In this document: piece by piece, positions 54,214-63,905 of the stretch
Position numbering within the stretch: position 1 is the stretch's first letter
How the letters are laid out: every line of letters starts with the position of its first letter
Assembly: GCA_963682135.1 (NCBI GenBank)
Contig: OY821645.1
Span: 2,848,001-2,912,000, forward strand
Direction: 5' to 3'
Source: Methanothrix sp.
GTDB taxonomy: Archaea > Halobacteriota > Methanosarcinia > Methanotrichales > Methanotrichaceae
Length of the DNA stretch: 64,000 nt
Notes under the pieces: generated by a model
What the model was told of the DNA's origin: nothing
Databases searched by the model: none
What the model saw: only the letters and a program-made list of their open reading frames with translations
Program-made: the position numbers and the translations under genes

Positions 54214-56409
54214 TTGTCTAGCCAGGCTGAGATTCATGAAATGATCTCAAGCACAAAGGCCGAGGATCGGAAAGATGCGGCTTCTGCCCTGGTTTCAGCC
54301 TTAGCCCTTCTGCCCGATAAAACCCAAGGCTGGCAGGATCTCCTGAGGCTCACTCAAGACCAGGATAGCGACGTGCGAATGATTGCAGCCCGTGCCCTGG
54401 GCTTCGCCTTTTCCCTTCAGCCCGACAAAGACCAACGATGGCAAGATCTCATCAGGTTGTCCTACGATGATAAGAGCATAGGTCAATCGGAGGCAATCGA
54501 GGTTCTAGGAACTGTTTTCGGTTTCGTTCCAAATAAAGACCAGGCATGGAGGGACCTCTTCAATTTGGCTAATGATGACAATAGGCAGAGCTTCATTCAA
54601 ATGACTGCAGTAATTGCAATGGGTAAGGCATTCATCCAAATTCCAGACGAAAGAAAGGATAATGCTTGGCACGATCTCCATAATTTAACAAATCACCAGG
54701 AGAAGGGTGGCGTCCGATGGGGTGCCGCACTGGCCATTGGGACTGCTTTCTGCCATCTTTCTGAAAAATATCGTCATGAAGCTTTAGAGGATCTGCATAG
54801 GCTTGCTGATCCTAATGAAAAAACTGGAGTTAAATGGGGTGTAGCTGAAGCTTTGGGAGTGGTGTTTAGTCATATTACGGATGAAGAAAGGAGTGAAGCT
54901 CTGAGGGATTTGCTGAGCTTTACCAGGGATGTTGATAGCAGCGTGAGAATGCAAGCCTATTATTCCCTGGGAAGAGCTTCCTTTTTCAATGCTCAAGCAT
55001 GGCAAATGCTTCATAGACTAACTCAAGATAGAGACGACGTATTACGACGGGATGTAGTGCGACGGGAAGTGGCAAAAGCTCTGGGGTCAATTTTCAGCCA
55101 AGTTGCTGATCGGGATCAAGCTTGGCAAGATCTTTATGAGCTAACTCAAGATGGAGACAGAGACTTACGAATGTATGCCTATCACTCTTTAGGAAGGGCT
55201 TCCGTTTTCAAGGCCACAGAAGCGCATGATAATGATACTTTGAATAAGGAACTAAAAGCCGCTGTAGCTTTTTTTAAAAAATCGTCTCAAGAGGCAAAGT
55301 GCAGCCCTGCAAATTTCTGCTATTTATTCTATCGATCGTATCTAGCGCTGGCTTTTCAGGGAGCGTCAGAATCAGAGGTGAAAAAGTACCTTGCAGAGGC
55401 CAAAGAAGCTGTTGGTGGCTCAGAAAATAAAAAAAAGCTGCTTAGCGCTGTGGAAAATCTGGCAAAAGCTCTGGAAGAGAGCCAAAAGCTCAAGGAAAAA
55501 TCCATCAAGGATATTCAGTGCGATCTTCAAGCCTACCGATGGTATTGCGACCGGGCAGCCGAGCATATGGCAGCGGTGGAAGAAAAGGCTCCGGGTGCAG
55601 TCGGATTGCTGAGAAAATGCAACCCCATTATTGAAGAGAGGATCGAGGCCACGATCGCCGGCATCCAGAAGGCGGCCAGGGAAATCTGTCAGGTGACCCG
55701 AGGATCGGGCAAGAAATATGAGGAGCCCGGCGCTCAGATAAATCGAGAGGCAAAGAGCCTCTCTTCGGAAGATCCGATAAAAGCATTCAAGAGCAGCACA
55801 AGGATTGCCTCGATTCTCAGAGTGTTTTGCGGGCTTTTGCCCAGGGACAAAAGGGGGCATGCCTGCGAGATCGTGGATGAGATTGAAACAGAGCAGGATC
55901 TATCCGGCAGGCTCTCCAAGATCGAGTTGGCACTGACCTATCTCCAACCAAATATCGATATGGCAGCTCATGAATCAGCTACTGTCAATAAGCTGGAGGA
56001 GATGCACATCGACATAAAATCGATGGATAAGAAGCTAAATACCATCATACTCGATCTATCAAAGATCAAGATCAGCTCAGGGGATATCTCTGCCAATCTG
56101 TGTTCCGTGAGAACTGCACTCTACAAAATAGAGGAGATGGAAAGAGCCTCGGCAAAGGATCAAAAAGGCGTTCTTACGCCTCCCGTGCATCCAAGTGAGA
56201 GCCAAATTGAACTCGGTAATCTCATCGAAGCCAGAGTATCGGAGCTGGAAGAGATCCTGAAGTGCAAAGCGACGAAGGAGGATATTCAGGCCATCCTGAA
56301 TAAGTTAGAGAGCCTGAAGCCGTCAGCAGGATTTGAATGGCTGGGCAGAATTGCCGACTTGATTGCAGTCTTTGATGCGTCGATTAAGGTCTTTTCATTT
56401 CTCATGTAG
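54214..56409 (+). CDS. HEAT-repeat protein (8 divergent repeats) with conserved helical C-terminal region
   Basis: QxWQDL..LTQD....VR..AA.ALG repeats; TTG start; paralogous to 57767-60577. Confidence 0.88.
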   Translation: MSSQAEIHEMISSTKAEDRKDAASALVSALALLPDKTQGWQDLLRLTQDQDSDVRMIAARALGFAFSLQPDKDQRWQDLIRLSYDDKSIGQSEAIEVLGTVFGFVPNKDQAWRDLFNLANDDNRQSFIQMTAVIAMGKAFIQIPDERKDNAWHDLHNLTNHQEKGGVRWGAALAIGTAFCHLSEKYRHEALEDLHRLADPNEKTGVKWGVAEALGVVFSHITDEERSEALRDLLSFTRDVDSSVRMQAYYSLGRASFFNAQAWQMLHRLTQDRDDVLRRDVVRREVAKALGSIFSQVADRDQAWQDLYELTQDGDRDLRMYAYHSLGRASVFKATEAHDNDTLNKELKAAVAFFKKSSQEAKCSPANFCYLFYRSYLALAFQGASESEVKKYLAEAKEAVGGSENKKKLLSAVENLAKALEESQKLKEKSIKDIQCDLQAYRWYCDRAAEHMAAVEEKAPGAVGLLRKCNPIIEERIEATIAGIQKAAREICQVTRGSGKKYEEPGAQINREAKSLSSEDPIKAFKSSTRIASILRVFCGLLPRDKRGHACEIVDEIETEQDLSGRLSKIELALTYLQPNIDMAAHESATVNKLEEMHIDIKSMDKKLNTIILDLSKIKISSGDISANLCSVRTALYKIEEMERASAKDQKGVLTPPVHPSESQIELGNLIEARVSELEEILKCKATKEDIQAILNKLESLKPSAGFEWLGRIADLIAVFDASIKVFSFLM

Positions 56410-56454
56410 TAAAGAGTTCACTTTCTTGGTTCGGTTTTTCGGTTTGTTATCCAC

Positions 56455-56890
56455 CTACCACACCTTCAAATCTATCCCCTCGATCCTCACCATCGCTCCT
56501 TCGGAGTGCACCACCACTCCGGAGTGCACCTTCTGCATCATGGAGTAGCTCCGGCAGAAATCGCACCGTCTCGCCCACTTCCGGCCTCCTGCCCCGGCTC
56601 ACCGTACCCTCGAAGGCGGCCACCATGCAGATGCCGATATCCTCAGGTGCGGGAAGCCCTTGCAGCAGATGCACCGGCCCGACCAGATGCACAGTGACGA
56701 TTCCCCTGCTTATTCTTTAGCACTTCTGCAAAATGAGTGATGGGACAGCCCAAAGGCCGGTAGCGGAAGACGTCGCCCTCCTTGAGGCGCGCCTCAGAAT
56801 TGAAGGGATGCAGATCCTCCCGGCAGGATGGCTCACCCGGCAGCGGAGCCAGGGCGAAGTCGGCCCTCAGGCCGTCCAGAACGCCGATGA
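56455..56890 (-). pseudogene. Pseudo-copy 2 of the 3' segment of the Fe-S protein gene
   Basis: Aligns to 61790-62223 from IGVLDG to the stop; frameshift after FLPE. Confidence 0.92.
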
Positions 56891-56940
56891 GGTCGCTTAA
56901 TTGCGCCAGTAAATCTTCACAAGAATCGATTACGATCTTG

Positions 56941-57333
56941 TCAAGCTCTTAAGGGTCGTCTTCTGTACCTGCCCAATTCAACAATTATAATGGCTTGTTG
57001 TAGTACATCGTTTTTGGCGGAGCTTAAGAACTTCAAGAGTGCCTCGTTTACTTCACTGGCAACAAATCCTGTGGGCAATCTCAAAATTATTGCACCAGGA
57101 TGCTGTGGATATCTGATAATTTCGCCATAATCAAGGTCTCTGGTTATTACTACTCTGTCAGCATTGAGGGCGTAGTCTATTATCTCTTGATCTCTTGCAT
57201 ATCTCATGCCCAAATCTCTAACTTCCTGCACATCAAAGCCCAGGGAGTGAACAACAGCAGCGCTCGATCTGGGCATGTCGGCATCCATCAGAAATTTAGG
57301 CTTGGGCATAGGCAGTGATCTCTTCGCCGGCAA
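56941..57333 (-). CDS. DUF5615 PIN-like toxin
   Basis: [16 protein letters not shown]...[20 protein letters not shown]. Confidence 0.9.
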   Translation of the reverse strand: MPAKRSLPMPKPKFLMDADMPRSSAAVVHSLGFDVQEVRDLGMRYARDQEIIDYALNADRVVITRDLDYGEIIRYPQHPGAIILRLPTGFVASEVNEALLKFLSSAKNDVLQQAIIIVELGRYRRRPLRA

Positions 57334-57523
57334 TTATCCGAGCCGCATATGCCAGAGCCGCCAGGACATCTTCTTTTTGCAGGTCATATTCCTTGACGAT
57401 CTCTTCGACCTCCATACCGCCGGCCAGTGAGCCGATAATTATCTCCAAAGGAACACGGGTGCCCTTTATGATCGGTTTACCATGCCGAACTGCCGGATCG
57501 ATTACTATTCTCTCCTCGTACAT
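57296..57523 (-). CDS. DUF433 antitoxin
   Basis: RIVIDP.VRHGKPIIKGTRVP, L..G....EI..EY.L..EDV.AAL.YA. Confidence 0.93.
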   Translation of the reverse strand: MYEERIVIDPAVRHGKPIIKGTRVPLEIIIGSLAGGMEVEEIVKEYDLQKEDVLAALAYAARIIAGEEITAYAQA

Positions 57524-57766
57524 TTTATGTCCCCAGATAGGTTACTTCTGTGGCCTTCTAAGCATAAATCCTTTTGTGGAGCGTACGAAGATTAGCCATT
57601 CAATAAAATCCATTTGGAAAGATCACCTGCATGAAGATGCGCCTATCTCGGGAAAGAGCTCAAGTGCACCGGCGGACGTGCACGTGGGCGTGAGCGGGTG
57701 CATCCCACCTGGTGTAAAGCAAAGTTTTTTGATCTTTGAGGGATGACCTCGTCTCTGTGAGCCCAA

Positions 57767-60577
57767 TTGATTAATCAGGTCGAGATACATGAAAGGGTCT
57801 CAAGCAAAGAGGTTGAGGATAGAAAATGGGCGGCCAAAGCTATTGGTTCAGCATTTGCCCATTTGCTCGACAGGACTCAGGGCTGGCAGGATCTGCACCA
57901 ACTCGCTCAAGATCCGGAGAGCGAAGTGCGGCGGAATGCAGCCGATGCCCTAGGTTCAGCCTTTAACCATTTGGATGACAAAGATCAAGGCTGGTGGGAT
58001 CTGCACCAGCTCACCCAAGATCCGGAAAGCGAAGTGAGATGGGTTGCAGCCGATTCCCTGGGTTTAGCCTTTGCTATCCTGCCCGACAAGAATCAAGGAT
58101 GGCAGGATCTTCTTAGGCTCACTCAAGACCCTGAAATCGAAGTGCGATGGCGTGCAACTGACGCCCTCGGTTTAATCTTTGTTCATTTTCCAGACAAAGA
58201 CCAAGGATGGAAGGATCTTCTCAGGCTCACTCAACTATCGAAGAGCGATATGCATTGGGATGCAGCCTATTCTCTAGGTTTGGCCTTTGCCATTCTTCCC
58301 AATAAAATCCAAGGATGGCAGGATCTACATCGGCTCACTCAAGACTCGGAAAGCAAAGTGCGACAGAGTGCTGCCGATATTCTTGGTTTAGCCTTTGCCC
58401 ATTTGCCTGACAAGACCCTGGGTTGGCAAGATCTGCACCAGCTCGCATTAGATCTAGAGAGCGAAGTGCGACAAAATGCCGCCAATGCCCTGGGTTTAGC
58501 TTTTGCCCATTTGCCCGACAAGAGCCTGGGCTGGCAAGATCTGCACCAACTCACTCTAGATCCAGAGAGCGAAGTGCGACAGAGTGCTGCTGATTCTCTA
58601 AGTTCAGCTTTTGTCCATTTGCCAGAAAAAGACAAAGGCTGGCAGGATCTTCTTAGGTTATCTCAAGACCCAGAGGACGAGATGCTAGGGAGTGCAGCCT
58701 ATGCCTTGGGTTTAGCCTTCCTCCATTTGCCAGACAAGCTCCAAGGATGGCAGGATCTGCACCAGCTTATTCAAGCTACAGAAAGCGAAGTGCGAAGGAG
58801 TGCAGCCGATTCGCTGGGCTTGGCTTTTGTCCATTTGCCAGACAAAGATCAAGGATGGCAGGATCTGCACCAGCTCATTCAAGATGCAGAAAGCGAAGTT
58901 AGACGGAGTGCAGCCGATTCGCTGGGCTTGGCCTTTGCCCTTCTGCCCGACAAAATGCAAGGCTGGCTAGATCTGCACCGACTCATTCAAGACCAGTATA
59001 GCTCCGTGCGACGAAGCGCAGCCGATTCCCTGGGCTTGGCTTTTATCCATTTGCCAGATAAAGATCAAGGTTGGCAGGATCTGTACCAGCTCACTCAAGA
59101 CAAGGGTAGTTACGTGCGACTGAGCGCAGCCAAAGCCCTAATTTTAGCATTTGCCCTTCTGCCCGACAAAGTGCAAGGCTGGCAGGATCTGCACCAACTC
59201 ACTCAGGACACAGAAAGCGAAATGCGGCGGACCTCAGCCAAAGCCTTGGGCTCAACCTTTGCCCATTTGCCCAATAAAATTCAAGGCTGGCAGGATCTTT
59301 GCATGCTAACACAAGACATAGATAGCGACGTTCGAATGTATGCATACCACTCCCTGGGAAGAGTATCGGTTCATAAAGCCTCAGAGTCTATCGATAAGAA
59401 TACCATTAGAGCAGAGTTGGAAGCAGCAGTCGAATATTTTGAGAAATCATACCAAGAGGAGCCCAGCTTCAATCCAGCAAGTTTTTGTCGTCCCTTTTAT
59501 CGATCATACCTTGCTCTAGCTTTCCAAAATGCATCTGATGAAGAAGTCCAGAGGTATCTTGCCGAAGCAAAAAAAGCTGTAGGCAGCAATAAAAATAGAA
59601 AAGAGTTATTTAGCGCCATAGAAAATCTGGCCAAGGCTTTAGAAGAGACCCAAAAACTCAAGGAAAAAACGATAAAGAACATTCAAAGCGATATAAAAGC
59701 ATACCAGTGGTACTGTGATAGAGCATCTGAACACATGGTCGCAGCAGAAGGTAAAGCACCCGGTACGGTCAAGCTGCTGAGAAAATGCAATCCAATTATT
59801 GAAGAAAGAATAACGGCCACGATCGCCGGGATCCAGAATACTGCCAGGGAAATCTGTCTGGTGACCCGCGGATCTGGCACGAAATATGAAGAGGCTGGCG
59901 CCCAGATAAATCGAGAGGCAAAGAGCCTCTCTCCAGATGATCCGATAAAAGCATTCAAGAGCAGCACCAGGATGGCCTCGATTCTCAGAGAGTTCTGCGG
60001 GCTTCTGCCCAGGGACAAAAGGGGGCATGGCTGCGAGATCGTGGATGAGATTGAAGATGAACAGGATCTAATCGGCAGGTTCTGTAAGATGGAGCTGTCA
60101 CTGACATTTCTTCTGCCGAATATTACTCTAGCAGCATACGAATCTGCAACCAATAGCAAGCTGGAAGAGATTCATAGTGACGTAATAAAAATGGATGAAA
60201 AGCTAAACACGATAATATTCGACCTCTCAAAGATAAAAATTGGGTCTGGAAATATATTCGCCAATCTATGTGCGGTAAGAACTGAACTGAACAAGATAGC
60301 CGAGATTGAAAGGGGCTCAGTTTTGGATAACCAAAGGGTTTCAAAGAATCCATCCCATTCAAATGAGACTCAAATTGAACTCGGCAAGCTTATTGAATCC
60401 AAAGCCTTTGAACTGGAAGAAATCCTGAAGACGAAAGCGACGAAAGATGATGTCCAGGCAGTCCTGAATAAGCTAGAGAGCCTGAAGCAGTCAGATGGAT
60501 TTGAATGGCTTGGCAGAATTGCCGACGTGATAGCAGTCTTCGATGCATCGATAAAGGTTCTTGCATTCCTCACTTAA
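57767..60577 (+). CDS. HEAT-repeat protein (14 regular 36-aa repeats) with conserved helical C-terminal region
   Basis: KDQGWQDLHQL.QD.ESEVR.SAADSLGLAF.HLPD x14; TTG start. Confidence 0.9.
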   Translation: MINQVEIHERVSSKEVEDRKWAAKAIGSAFAHLLDRTQGWQDLHQLAQDPESEVRRNAADALGSAFNHLDDKDQGWWDLHQLTQDPESEVRWVAADSLGLAFAILPDKNQGWQDLLRLTQDPEIEVRWRATDALGLIFVHFPDKDQGWKDLLRLTQLSKSDMHWDAAYSLGLAFAILPNKIQGWQDLHRLTQDSESKVRQSAADILGLAFAHLPDKTLGWQDLHQLALDLESEVRQNAANALGLAFAHLPDKSLGWQDLHQLTLDPESEVRQSAADSLSSAFVHLPEKDKGWQDLLRLSQDPEDEMLGSAAYALGLAFLHLPDKLQGWQDLHQLIQATESEVRRSAADSLGLAFVHLPDKDQGWQDLHQLIQDAESEVRRSAADSLGLAFALLPDKMQGWLDLHRLIQDQYSSVRRSAADSLGLAFIHLPDKDQGWQDLYQLTQDKGSYVRLSAAKALILAFALLPDKVQGWQDLHQLTQDTESEMRRTSAKALGSTFAHLPNKIQGWQDLCMLTQDIDSDVRMYAYHSLGRVSVHKASESIDKNTIRAELEAAVEYFEKSYQEEPSFNPASFCRPFYRSYLALAFQNASDEEVQRYLAEAKKAVGSNKNRKELFSAIENLAKALEETQKLKEKTIKNIQSDIKAYQWYCDRASEHMVAAEGKAPGTVKLLRKCNPIIEERITATIAGIQNTAREICLVTRGSGTKYEEAGAQINREAKSLSPDDPIKAFKSSTRMASILREFCGLLPRDKRGHGCEIVDEIEDEQDLIGRFCKMELSLTFLLPNITLAAYESATNSKLEEIHSDVIKMDEKLNTIIFDLSKIKIGSGNIFANLCAVRTELNKIAEIERGSVLDNQRVSKNPSHSNETQIELGKLIESKAFELEEILKTKATKDDVQAVLNKLESLKQSDGFEWLGRIADVIAVFDASIKVLAFLT

Positions 60578-60597
60578 CTAAAGAACTCACGTTCCTT

Positions 60598-61035
60598 CTA
60601 CCACACCTTCAGATCGATCCCCTCGATCCTCACCATCGCCCCTTCTGAGTGCACCACAACTCCCGAGTGCACCTTTTGCATCATGGAGTAGCTCCGGCAG
60701 AAATCGCACTGTCTCCCCCACCTCCGGCCTCCTGCCCCGGCTCACCGTCCCATCGAAGGCGGCCTACCCGTGCAGATGCCGATGTCCCCCTGGCGCTGGC
60801 AGGCCATGCAGCAGATGCACCGGCCCCACCAGGTGCACGGTGACGATTCCCCTGTCATTCTTGAGCACTTTTGCAAAATGAGTGATTGGGCAGCCCAAAG
60901 GCCGGTAGCGGAAGACATCGTCCTCCTTGTGGCGCGCCTCTGGATTAAAAGGATGCAGATCTTCCCGGCAGGATGGCTCGCCGGGCAGCTGTGCCAGGGC
61001 AAAGTCGGCCCGCAGGCCGTCCAGCACACCGATGA
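60598..61035 (-). pseudogene. Pseudo-copy 1 of the 3' segment of the Fe-S protein gene
   Basis: Aligns to 61790-62223 from IGVLDG to the stop; several frameshifts. Confidence 0.92.
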
Positions 61036-61163
61036 AATCCCAATCAGAAAAGGACCATTCTTGCCAAATTTATCCACTACCGCCAAGCTGAGCAGAAGAG
61101 AATCCGGTCATGAAACCGAATCAAAAGATAACTGTTAAATCCCATCGAGTAGTAGAATAAGTC

Positions 61164-61415
61164 ATGTTCTCGGAATATATCGCGGCGGCTTTGAGGCGGG
61201 CGAAGTACGAATCCCTGGAGAATGGCTCTTACATGGCCACTGTGGAAGGTCTTCGTGGCGTGATAGCCACCGGTGAGACTATTGAAAAATGCCGGGAAGA
61301 TCTAATCGAAGTTATTGAGGAATGGATTGCCATTCGGTTGCAGAGAGGCTTTGCCATTCCGTCCCTTGAGGGTCATGCAATAAGCGTCTCCCAGGAGCCG
61401 ATGGCCATTGTGTAG
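61164..61415 (+). CDS. hicB: HicB-family antitoxin (short form)
   Basis: YMATVEGLRGVIATGETIEKCREDL.EVIEEWI. Confidence 0.88.
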   Translation: MFSEYIAAALRRAKYESLENGSYMATVEGLRGVIATGETIEKCREDLIEVIEEWIAIRLQRGFAIPSLEGHAISVSQEPMAIV

Positions 61416-61629
61416 AATAATTCCCGTTCCTTATCGCGTCCTAATCAAGAAGCTGAAGAAGCTGGGATTAGAGGGACCACACCATGGCAGCAAGCACCCT
61501 TACATGGTCATTGGCGACACAGTTATCATCCTACCAAATCCGCATCAAGGCGAGGACGTAGATGTAAGTCTCATTAAGACCATTTTAAGAGATGCCGGTA
61601 TCTCCCGCGAGGAATGGATTTCAGCATAA
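61408..61629 (+). CDS. hicA: HicA-family toxin
   Basis: LIKKLKKLG..G...GSKH.YM, LPNPH..DV...L.K.IL..AGISREEW. Confidence 0.88.
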   Translation: MCRIIPVPYRVLIKKLKKLGLEGPHHGSKHPYMVIGDTVIILPNPHQGEDVDVSLIKTILRDAGISREEWISA

Positions 61630-61789
61630 CATGCTCGCCTCGCTCAAGGAGGGGGCCCGGGAGGGGATTATACTGGGCTTTGGCGCGGTTTCTCGTGGCT
61701 CCTGATCATTCTGGAATACAAGTAAAAGACTTATGGTCGCATGCGGGGCGAGCCTAAAAGCAGTGAAGCTGATTGCTTTGAAATTACTC

Positions 61790-62416
61790 TTACCAAACCT
61801 TCAGATCTATCCCCTCGATCCTCACCATCGCCCCTTCTGAGTGCACCACCACTCCGGAGTGCACCTTTTGCATCATGCAGTGCTCCGGCAAAAAGCGCAC
61901 CGTCTCGCCCACCTCCGGCCTCCTGCCCCTGCTGACAGTCCCTTCGAAGGCTGCCACCAGGCAGATGCCGATGTCCTCGGGCGCTGGCAGGCCATGCAGC
62001 AGGTGCACCGGCCCCACCAGGTGCACGGTAATGATCCCCTGTTTGTTCTTGAGCACTTTGGCAAAATGAGTGATTGGACAGCCCAAAGGCCGGTAGCGGA
62101 AGATCTCCCCCTCTTTAGGCCGCGCCTCAGGATTGAAGGGATGCAGGTCCTCCCGGCAGGATGGCTCGCCACCCAGCGGGGCAAGCGCGAAATCAGCCCG
62201 CAAGCCGTCCAGAACGCCGATGATTTCCTCCGTCTTCTCTGAGCAGACAAAGAGCTTGGCGATCTCCTCAGCACGCCCTTTGAATCTCTCCTGCTTGAGC
62301 ACGGGGCAGCGCTCCAGCCCGGCCACGTCCACCAGCTTGGCGGCAAACTCCCGGCAACTGGAAAGGCCGCACTCCCCGCAGTTGTATCCCGGCAAGAGCT
62401 TCTCGATCTGCTGCAT
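61790..62416 (-). CDS. (Fe-S)-binding protein (N-terminal FeS domain, Cys-rich C-terminal domain)
   Basis: LLPGYNCGECG..SC..FA...CP; [31 protein letters not shown]. Confidence 0.9.
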   Translation of the reverse strand: MQQIEKLLPGYNCGECGLSSCREFAAKLVDVAGLERCPVLKQERFKGRAEEIAKLFVCSEKTEEIIGVLDGLRADFALAPLGGEPSCREDLHPFNPEARPKEGEIFRYRPLGCPITHFAKVLKNKQGIITVHLVGPVHLLHGLPAPEDIGICLVAAFEGTVSRGRRPEVGETVRFLPEHCMMQKVHSGVVVHSEGAMVRIEGIDLKVW

Positions 62417-62424
62417 GTTTTACC

Positions 62425-63123
62425 TCACTCTCCGGTGTACTCCATGAAACCGTCCAAATGCCTCAGCACGCCCCGGTGATGCTCCTTGGCGATACGTAGC
62501 TCCCCCGTGCACAGAGTGCAGATGGCCAGAGGCGGATTGTGCCGCAAGACCATCTCACCAGAGATGTCCGGCCAGCCGGCCATGAGCTGTGCCAGCTCTG
62601 CCGAGCCCTTGCCGGAAAGCCCGTTAGCCTCAATGATCCGGCAGCCGGGATTAGCCTCCAGGATGCGTTCCCGGAAGACCTCCCTCTCCGCCTGGGATAC
62701 GAGGTCGCCTTTGGTCATGACCGCAGCATCGGCAGTGGTGAGCAGCGGCCCCACCTTGAGGGGGCTGTTGGGACCGGTGGTAACGTCGATCACGCAGATG
62801 GCCAGAGCCTTATCCGGATAAGGAGCACAGCGCAGGCACAGCCCGGCAGTCTCATTGAGCATGATGTCGGCCCCCTGGGCCGCAGCCCACTCCAGCATCT
62901 CGTCAAAATTGTAGATGGCGTAGTGGTCCGGGCACATATCCTTGGCCAGGCCCACGGCCACCGGCACCCCCAGCCGCTTAAATCGGGCGTCGTCCTCCGT
63001 CCACATGCAGTCGATCTTGACCACAGCGGGAGTGTGTCCGGCCCGCAGCAAGTCCTTCACAGCATGCATGAGCACCGAGGTCTTGCCCGAGCCCGGCGTT
63101 CCGGCCACCACTACCATCTTCAA
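62425..63123 (-). CDS. HypB/UreG/CobW-like GTP-binding protein
   Basis: [31 protein letters not shown]. Confidence 0.9.
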   Translation of the reverse strand: MKMVVVAGTPGSGKTSVLMHAVKDLLRAGHTPAVVKIDCMWTEDDARFKRLGVPVAVGLAKDMCPDHYAIYNFDEMLEWAAAQGADIMLNETAGLCLRCAPYPDKALAICVIDVTTGPNSPLKVGPLLTTADAAVMTKGDLVSQAEREVFRERILEANPGCRIIEANGLSGKGSAELAQLMAGWPDISGEMVLRHNPPLAICTLCTGELRIAKEHHRGVLRHLDGFMEYTGE

Positions 63124-63905
63124 GCTACTACCTCGCCCTGGCGAATGGTCTCCCGCAGAGCCGTGAGCCAGCCGTCCAGCCGTTCCACATCCCGAAAGAC
63201 CTTCTGCTCATCCTCGTTGGTGCTGATCACCTTGATCATGCCTCCGTTCTTCATGACTATGCGACGGGAGGCCATGAGAGCCAGCATGGGATCATGAGTT
63301 ACCACTACTACGATCTTTCCTTCTCCGGCCAAAAGGCGAAGCGCCTCCTGCTTTTTTATGCCGGCATTCTCAATCTCATCGATGAGCACTATTGGAGAGT
63401 CGCTGATGACGGCAATATCTGCAACCATAAGAGCCCTGGACTGGCCGCCACTGAGAATGGTTAGCTGAAAAGCGGGATTAACCGGCTCTCCAGTCAGGGT
63501 GTTGGCCAGAGCTATTACCCTGTCTGCCAGCCTCGGGTCCTTGCCCCGCGATTTGGCATGCATTCTCAAAAACTCATCCACAGACATGTCTGCCAGAAAG
63601 TGCATATTCTGGGAGAGCTGGGCCACCAGCTTCTTGCGGGGGTTGCTGCGCATCTCCGCCGCAGGCGCCTGGTTATTTATGAGAATGCTTCTGCCTGATG
63701 GCGTGTCTCCATAGGCGAACTGCTCAATGTCGGCAATAAGAGTGCTCTTGCCTGATCCGGTGGGCCCTACTATTCCTATTATCTCACCGGGTGCTATCTC
63801 GATCTCGGATACGCCATCGGGACGGCCTTCTTTATCCACGCCGCCTTTAATTGTTAAGGTCAGGGGCATAATTTCGCAATTAATGTGACTGATTGCCTGG
63901 CTCAT
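63120..63905 (-). CDS. ABC-type ATP-binding protein
   Basis: [31 protein letters not shown]. Confidence 0.92.
   Translation of the reverse strand: MSQAISHINCEIMPLTLTIKGGVDKEGRPDGVSEIEIAPGEIIGIVGPTGSGKSTLIADIEQFAYGDTPSGRSILINNQAPAAEMRSNPRKKLVAQLSQNMHFLADMSVDEFLRMHAKSRGKDPRLADRVIALANTLTGEPVNPAFQLTILSGGQSRALMVADIAVISDSPIVLIDEIENAGIKKQEALRLLAGEGKIVVVVTHDPMLALMASRRIVMKNGGMIKVISTNEDEQKVFRDVERLDGWLTALRETIRQGEVVA

Noticed and set aside
56455-62223. Diversity-generating retroelement TR/VR pair
   Set aside because: No reverse transcriptase is present. Differences involve all four bases plus indels, not adenine-specific changes.
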